DNA of 64,000 nucleotides from a virus: IMG/VR virus record IMGVR_UViG_3300034198_013268, positions 1 to 64,000 of that record; one strand, 5' to 3'. Shown piece by piece: positions 58,973 to 64,000 of this stretch (position 1 is its first letter; each line of letters starts with the position of its first letter). The notes under the pieces were generated by a model. It saw only the letters and a program-made list of their open reading frames with translations, ran no database searches and was not told where the DNA came from. The position numbers and the translations under genes were made by a program.

Positions 58973-61900
58973 GTGGTTGGATTAGGCGACGAGCGCGTCA
59001 ATATTGAAGTCAAATATGACGTTGACGGCGAAGAGAAGATACTTGGCGTCCAGGGTCAACTTCTTGCTTTAAATAAACAAGCAACTAATACTTCTTCTGT
59101 TTTTGGAAAAATGACAGGAAGTATGGGTGATGCCGAAACCCAAATGTCAAAAACTGAAAAAGGTGGCGTCCGCCTAACCAAGCAAATGTCTTTGCTCGAA
59201 GTTGTTGCACAAAAATTCCTTAAAGTTTCAAAACTTATTCGCGTTGGCATGGTGGCCATGACGGTCGAGTTTGGAGCAACAGCTCTTGCACTTGTCTCTG
59301 TTAATGCGGCTTTCAACATAGGCATAGGCCTAGTCAAACTATACAAATGGGCTATGCAGGGTTTAGCTGGGACGGTTGCCGCAGTTGGCGCTGCAGTACT
59401 AGTAGGAGCGGCGGCTTTTAGGCAATTTAGTGCCGCAACAGCGGCTTACAACTATAAAGACTCCAAGGTTCTCGGCAGCAGTTTAAGCCAGTCATCAAAC
59501 ATGATGCGCCAAATGTACAAAGATACAGAGTTGGCTTCATTTGGCATCAAAGCCTTGAGTCAGGCTTTTGCAGCGGCTAGCCAGAGCGCACAAGTAGACC
59601 CAAAGATGATTTCGCAATTAAAGCAAATGTCAGATTTTGCTGCTGCTGGCCCAGACCCCGCAAAAGGTCTTGCTTCGGCGGCTACGTTTCTTGGACTGCT
59701 CAAAAAATATAAGACATTTAATAAAGAGGTGCTTGGCTCTCTTAGGCAAGTAAGCCCAGAACTTGACCGACTGGTGAAAAGAGGTCAAGTACCAACAGAT
59801 GCTCAAACTTTTTTAGACCAACTTCAATCTGGTGAACTAGCTAAAAAAGCTGGCGTTAGTGGCGCAAATGCAAATATCAAAAAAACCCTATTCGGCAACT
59901 TTAAGGCTTTACTTGCCGATGCGTACACTGAAATAGCGGACTCAGGTCAAAGACTTCTTGCTCCTGTGCAAGATGCAATGAATAAGATTTATTTTGGTCT
60001 CAGAAACACTTTTAGAAAAGTAAGTAACGACCTAGTTGCTTTTGGTAACGGTGGCCTTATTGGGGCATTGACTTCTTTTGCAGACAAAGTAGAGCAATTC
60101 TCACTCAAACTATTTAGAACGTTTCTTCCTCAAGCAAATGGATGGTGGAAAAGAACCGGTGACGTATTTAAGTCAATGGTCAACGACTTCAAAGATGCCA
60201 GAGATATGTTTGCTCCAATGCGCAAGGGCGGCTCTGAGGTTATCCATATGTTCGGAGCTCCGATAGTTCAGGTTTTTAAATCTTTAAGACAAAACATGCA
60301 GCATCTAGCTGATGTTGGAGTCAAGAACGGTCCAAAATTTCAAGCGTTTGGCGATGCTTTGGCTCGTGTTGTAGAAGGATTTTTTAACATGGGTCAAGGC
60401 TTCAAGGAAGCTTTTACTACCGCGCTTCCTGTTTTAACAAGAATTGCAAATGTTCTAGGAACATTGATGGACACTATAGGCAAGGTTCTTGCAGGGTTTA
60501 GCAGATTGCTTGGTTCTGCTGGCGGTACAGCAGCAATTCTCGGTATGGGGTTCCTGGCCCACAAAGGCAAAACATCGATGAAGTCGGGGTTTGGCAGAGG
60601 TGCGCAAGGAAAACTAGACAGTGCCTACGGCATTAGAGAAGTAACAAAGCAAAGTCAAATTGGCAACGGTCTTCCTTTTACTAGTGCCGAAACGGACCTT
60701 CCTAACAGTCCTCTTTCTGGAGCATCAGGTCAGATGAGTGCTGCTTTGCAGCCAAGCGTAGCCGCTCTATCTAGTTCTTCTGCTGCTCAAACTGCTGCTT
60801 CTGGAGCAATGCAGTCAGCAGCCAATTCAATGAACGCACTAACCAGAGGGGTAACGGGTGGAGGCAAAAGTAATGGAGATAGAAGTTATGGAAGTAGTCA
60901 ATTTGCTACCACTGGAAACGTCGCTACTGGAAGTCCTGGCATGCCGAGCGGCGGAAACATTCAGATGTTACCAGGCGCAAACGGTCAACTTGTTCCTACG
61001 TTTGTTGCAAACTCCACACCCGCTCCCGGAAGACTTACTCCAGTACAACCTGGGGCAAAGGGGTATATTTCTCCATATGGGGGCCTAGAAAGAAGCGGTC
61101 CTCTTAAGCGAGATGCTAATGGTAATTTAGTTGTTACCAATCGTCGCGTTGGTTCTGGGGTCAGAAGTACAGACCCTGGACAGGGGCGTGGCGCTGCTGA
61201 AGCCGACGTAATACGGGCAACAAAAGCGGCAAGCGTTACAAGAGGACGCGACCTTGGGAAAAGAATGAACGAATTTGACACTCATCTACAGCAACTTGGC
61301 GTTCCGCACCCAGATGACCCTAGACCATTTATTGGTCCTGCCAAACCTGCTGGTCTAGGTCAAGCTCCAGTCTCGCTCACAAGAAGGCAAAGAATAAAAA
61401 ACGGTTTTAAATCTGGTCGTTCATGGGCTTTTGGCGGCAATGGCAGTTCGCTTGGCGGAGGAATTACTGGAGCTTTAAGTTCTAGTCCTGTAACCGGTAG
61501 AGTTAATCAAGGATTCTTTCCAAGAATGGGTCGTAAGTTTACTGGCCAGAGTACAGGTACAGACCTTGGTGGTGGCGCAAAAGGAGCTTTTGCTCGCGTG
61601 CTTGGACTTGGTTTTGGCGGGGATGGCAAGAACGGTAGAACAAGCGCATTTCAACAGGGCTACTTGGCGGAAAAAGAAAAGTTTAAACAAATTACTGGGC
61701 TTCAAAAAATGACTGCAGCAGCAAGATTTAAAGCAGTAAGAGGTGGTCTTAAAAATAGCAGGACCGGTTTGGGTCAAATTGGCGCATTTGCTGCTACTTC
61801 GTTGCTTGATACTGGATTTGCTAAAAAACATATTGACCCCAAGGTGATGCCATATATGCAAGCAGGGGCTGGCTTGATGGCCATCAACCCGGCGCTTGGT

Positions 61901-63811
61901 GCTGGAGTTGGCCTTGCGGGCTACGCAGCCAATGCCAAAACAACAAAGGGAGGGGCCACGATGGGGGCGGCTTCTGGAGCACTTATCGGCGCTGCTGCTG
62001 CTTCCTTTATTCCCGGTGTCGGAACCGTAGCGGGAGCACTAGTTGGTGCAGGAGTAGGTGCCGTTGTTGGGTTTATGAAAGCTAGAGGAAACCAAAAGAA
62101 GTTTGCTAAAGCGGGAGCCATAGCGGTTGTCGACCAACAGGCTTTTGCGGCAATATACAAAGGATTGGGAGAAATAGTCAAATCTGGTACTACCGTTATT
62201 TTGCGTAAAGGTATTGCTGATATGAAAAATTTCAGTGCAGAATTTGGAAAAGTTGGGCAGACAGCGGAAGGAAGAGCCAAGCTTTTATCTAAATATAAAA
62301 AAATTCTTACCCCGGACCAATTAAAAGAAATGACGGGCGGTATTAGCCACGGAGGGGCCACAAGAAAAGGGGTAGCCACGGTAGCAGAGCGTTCAGACAT
62401 GTATGCCAAAGTCATGACAAGGTCGGCCAATCAGTTTGATGACGTCATGAAATCTCTGCGTTTATCTACAGGAATGACCGCTGAAGAAATAAACAACCTT
62501 GCCCTCAAGGCAAACGTCAACTTATTTAATTCGGAACTAAAACTTTCCGACATAACAGCAAAACTTGGCGTTGGGATGCTTAAAACCGGCAAACAGTTTA
62601 AACAGGCGCTGAGAGACGTGGGTATTGATTCTCTTAAAGTGTTTGACGATTTTACAAAAGCAAAAGACATGACAGATGCCGTGCAGTCGGCAGGAGATGC
62701 CCTTCGTGGTGGGAGCACTTCTCCAGAAGCTTTTATTGATTACTACACAAAAGTTACCGACCTTCTTAACTTTAAAAACCCTGATAATCCAATAGCTAAC
62801 TTCTTAAAGCGCAGTAAAGGTTTTAGTGGCGGTGAGGCTTACGGCCCTGGAGGGGCTCTTCGTGGAGTCAAACGAAACAAAAAGTTTGACGCATTGGCAA
62901 ATTCGGCTCTTGGTAATGAACAAACAGATTTAGTTTCAGCCGTTACGTCACAGATTGGTGGAGGACTAACGGGCGCGGGATTTAATTTTGGTAATGCCGA
63001 AGGCGGAAGAAACGCCGTAAGCTCCAGGGTTGCTGCCTTATTTAACAAAGCTAAGGGCGGAGATAAAGCGGCCGAAGCACAACTATTGAAACTTCAGGAT
63101 ACTCTTTCTAAGACGGATGTCGCTGGAAATGCCATTAACCCATTTGCGGGGGCCAAAACATCTGCAGACGCGGCTGCAATTTTGGAAAACATACTTAGTG
63201 GCACTGACGGCGGAGACCCCTACAAGAATTGGAACACAAGAAATCTAGGGCCTAGGCCGTCAGCTATGTTCGGCAATCAGGCCATAAACCCAGAAATTGC
63301 TGGAAAGAAAAGCCCAGGACAAAAAACTGACCTTGAGAAAGAAATTGAAAGCGGTTTCTTGGCTGCAATCGACAAAGGCTTGATGGATACGGCAAAGAGC
63401 CCTCAATGGTGGGACAATGCCCCCAAGTGGTGGGAATCAGGCCTAGCGCTGAAGTACAAAGATGACGACCCAAGCCAGGAAGTGATAGGACTTCAGCCTC
63501 CGCAAGTAGCAAAGGGTGGAGTCGTAATGCCTCGCAGAGGCGGAACTCTGGTCAATGTTGGGGAAGCAGGGAGAGCAGAAGCAATTGTCCCCCTTAACGA
63601 CCCAAGGGCAACGGCACTCATGGCGGCCGCAAAACTAGGGAGAGCAAAGATAAACACACTTCCAGCATCTTCTGCCACAACCGGAGGTTCTGCCACTGGT
63701 GATACAAATATAAACGTTACAATTCATGAGTCCGGCAACCCAAGAGACACCGCATATCAGGTACTTGAGGTACTAAAAGCGCATGCAAAGAATGAAAGAC
63801 GGAGAAAATAA
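58973..63811 (+). CDS. Tape measure protein
   Basis: 1612 aa, Ala/Gly-rich with TM segments; C-terminal AKGGVV...VGEAGRAEAIVPL and NINVTI. Confidence 0.92.
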   Translation: MVGLGDERVNIEVKYDVDGEEKILGVQGQLLALNKQATNTSSVFGKMTGSMGDAETQMSKTEKGGVRLTKQMSLLEVVAQKFLKVSKLIRVGMVAMTVEFGATALALVSVNAAFNIGIGLVKLYKWAMQGLAGTVAAVGAAVLVGAAAFRQFSAATAAYNYKDSKVLGSSLSQSSNMMRQMYKDTELASFGIKALSQAFAAASQSAQVDPKMISQLKQMSDFAAAGPDPAKGLASAATFLGLLKKYKTFNKEVLGSLRQVSPELDRLVKRGQVPTDAQTFLDQLQSGELAKKAGVSGANANIKKTLFGNFKALLADAYTEIADSGQRLLAPVQDAMNKIYFGLRNTFRKVSNDLVAFGNGGLIGALTSFADKVEQFSLKLFRTFLPQANGWWKRTGDVFKSMVNDFKDARDMFAPMRKGGSEVIHMFGAPIVQVFKSLRQNMQHLADVGVKNGPKFQAFGDALARVVEGFFNMGQGFKEAFTTALPVLTRIANVLGTLMDTIGKVLAGFSRLLGSAGGTAAILGMGFLAHKGKTSMKSGFGRGAQGKLDSAYGIREVTKQSQIGNGLPFTSAETDLPNSPLSGASGQMSAALQPSVAALSSSSAAQTAASGAMQSAANSMNALTRGVTGGGKSNGDRSYGSSQFATTGNVATGSPGMPSGGNIQMLPGANGQLVPTFVANSTPAPGRLTPVQPGAKGYISPYGGLERSGPLKRDANGNLVVTNRRVGSGVRSTDPGQGRGAAEADVIRATKAASVTRGRDLGKRMNEFDTHLQQLGVPHPDDPRPFIGPAKPAGLGQAPVSLTRRQRIKNGFKSGRSWAFGGNGSSLGGGITGALSSSPVTGRVNQGFFPRMGRKFTGQSTGTDLGGGAKGAFARVLGLGFGGDGKNGRTSAFQQGYLAEKEKFKQITGLQKMTAAARFKAVRGGLKNSRTGLGQIGAFAATSLLDTGFAKKHIDPKVMPYMQAGAGLMAINPALGAGVGLAGYAANAKTTKGGATMGAASGALIGAAAASFIPGVGTVAGALVGAGVGAVVGFMKARGNQKKFAKAGAIAVVDQQAFAAIYKGLGEIVKSGTTVILRKGIADMKNFSAEFGKVGQTAEGRAKLLSKYKKILTPDQLKEMTGGISHGGATRKGVATVAERSDMYAKVMTRSANQFDDVMKSLRLSTGMTAEEINNLALKANVNLFNSELKLSDITAKLGVGMLKTGKQFKQALRDVGIDSLKVFDDFTKAKDMTDAVQSAGDALRGGSTSPEAFIDYYTKVTDLLNFKNPDNPIANFLKRSKGFSGGEAYGPGGALRGVKRNKKFDALANSALGNEQTDLVSAVTSQIGGGLTGAGFNFGNAEGGRNAVSSRVAALFNKAKGGDKAAEAQLLKLQDTLSKTDVAGNAINPFAGAKTSADAAAILENILSGTDGGDPYKNWNTRNLGPRPSAMFGNQAINPEIAGKKSPGQKTDLEKEIESGFLAAIDKGLMDTAKSPQWWDNAPKWWESGLALKYKDDDPSQEVIGLQPPQVAKGGVVMPRRGGTLVNVGEAGRAEAIVPLNDPRATALMAAAKLGRAKINTLPASSATTGGSATGDTNINVTIHESGNPRDTAYQVLEVLKAHAKNERRRK

Positions 63812-64000
63812 TGGCTATCACTATAATTGGTAGACAGTGGAATGCCGATTCTGAAAAATTAAAAACTCAAGTTGGGCGACCTATAGATGGCAATGGAAAA
63901 CGTACGGAAGGTGACTTTCTTGCAAAACCCGCCGAAAGAAGCATGCAGCAAAAACTTGACCCAGGACTAAATTTTTATTTTGCTGCCCCTCCGGCATCTT
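63811..64000 (+). CDS. Tail/baseplate-region protein, truncated by the window edge
   Basis: TAATG coupling, GGAG RBS, frame open to the window end (MAITIIGRQWNADSEK...). Confidence 0.65.
   Translation, partial: MAITIIGRQWNADSEKLKTQVGRPIDGNGKRTEGDFLAKPAERSMQQKLDPGLNFYFAAPPAS

Noticed and set aside
1-64000. CRISPR array, rRNA, integrase, transposase, reverse transcriptase (DGR/retron)
   Set aside because: No regularly spaced repeats or diagnostic motifs seen by eye

Overview
The whole window is part of a large tailed dsDNA phage genome read in the standard genetic code. It has an HK97-fold capsid and a contractile tail. The host is probably an actinobacterium, judged from an Rpf-type muralytic gene and leaderless TANNNT promoters. 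Layout: 1-8.5 kb accessory and replication genes (tRNA-like RNA, ParB-like protein, SSB, Rpf/lytic transglycosylase, SNase-like nuclease, Dps, Asp/Asn hydroxylase). 8.5-47.7 kb is a minus-strand head module running portal-MuF, prohead protease, about 33 kb of giant ORFs, then major capsid. 47.8-64 kb is plus strand: terminase, recombination genes, neck, sheath, tube, frameshifting chaperone and tape measure. The main find is the block between protease and capsid: five very large proteins (about 9,500 aa in total). Four of them are divided into unrelated enzyme modules (Nudix, J-domain, zeta-toxin kinase, GNATs, DEDDh exonuclease, zincin, DUF3626/ART-like) by 18 copies of a protein-level linker [IV]-[STVG]-G-x-M. 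The five carry two kinds of shared N-terminal signature, one echoed in the prohead protease, and the four largest are each followed by a small coupled gene. I interpret this as a candidate capsid-packaged, proteolytically processed effector polyprotein system. All family calls come from motif recognition by eye; no database search was run.
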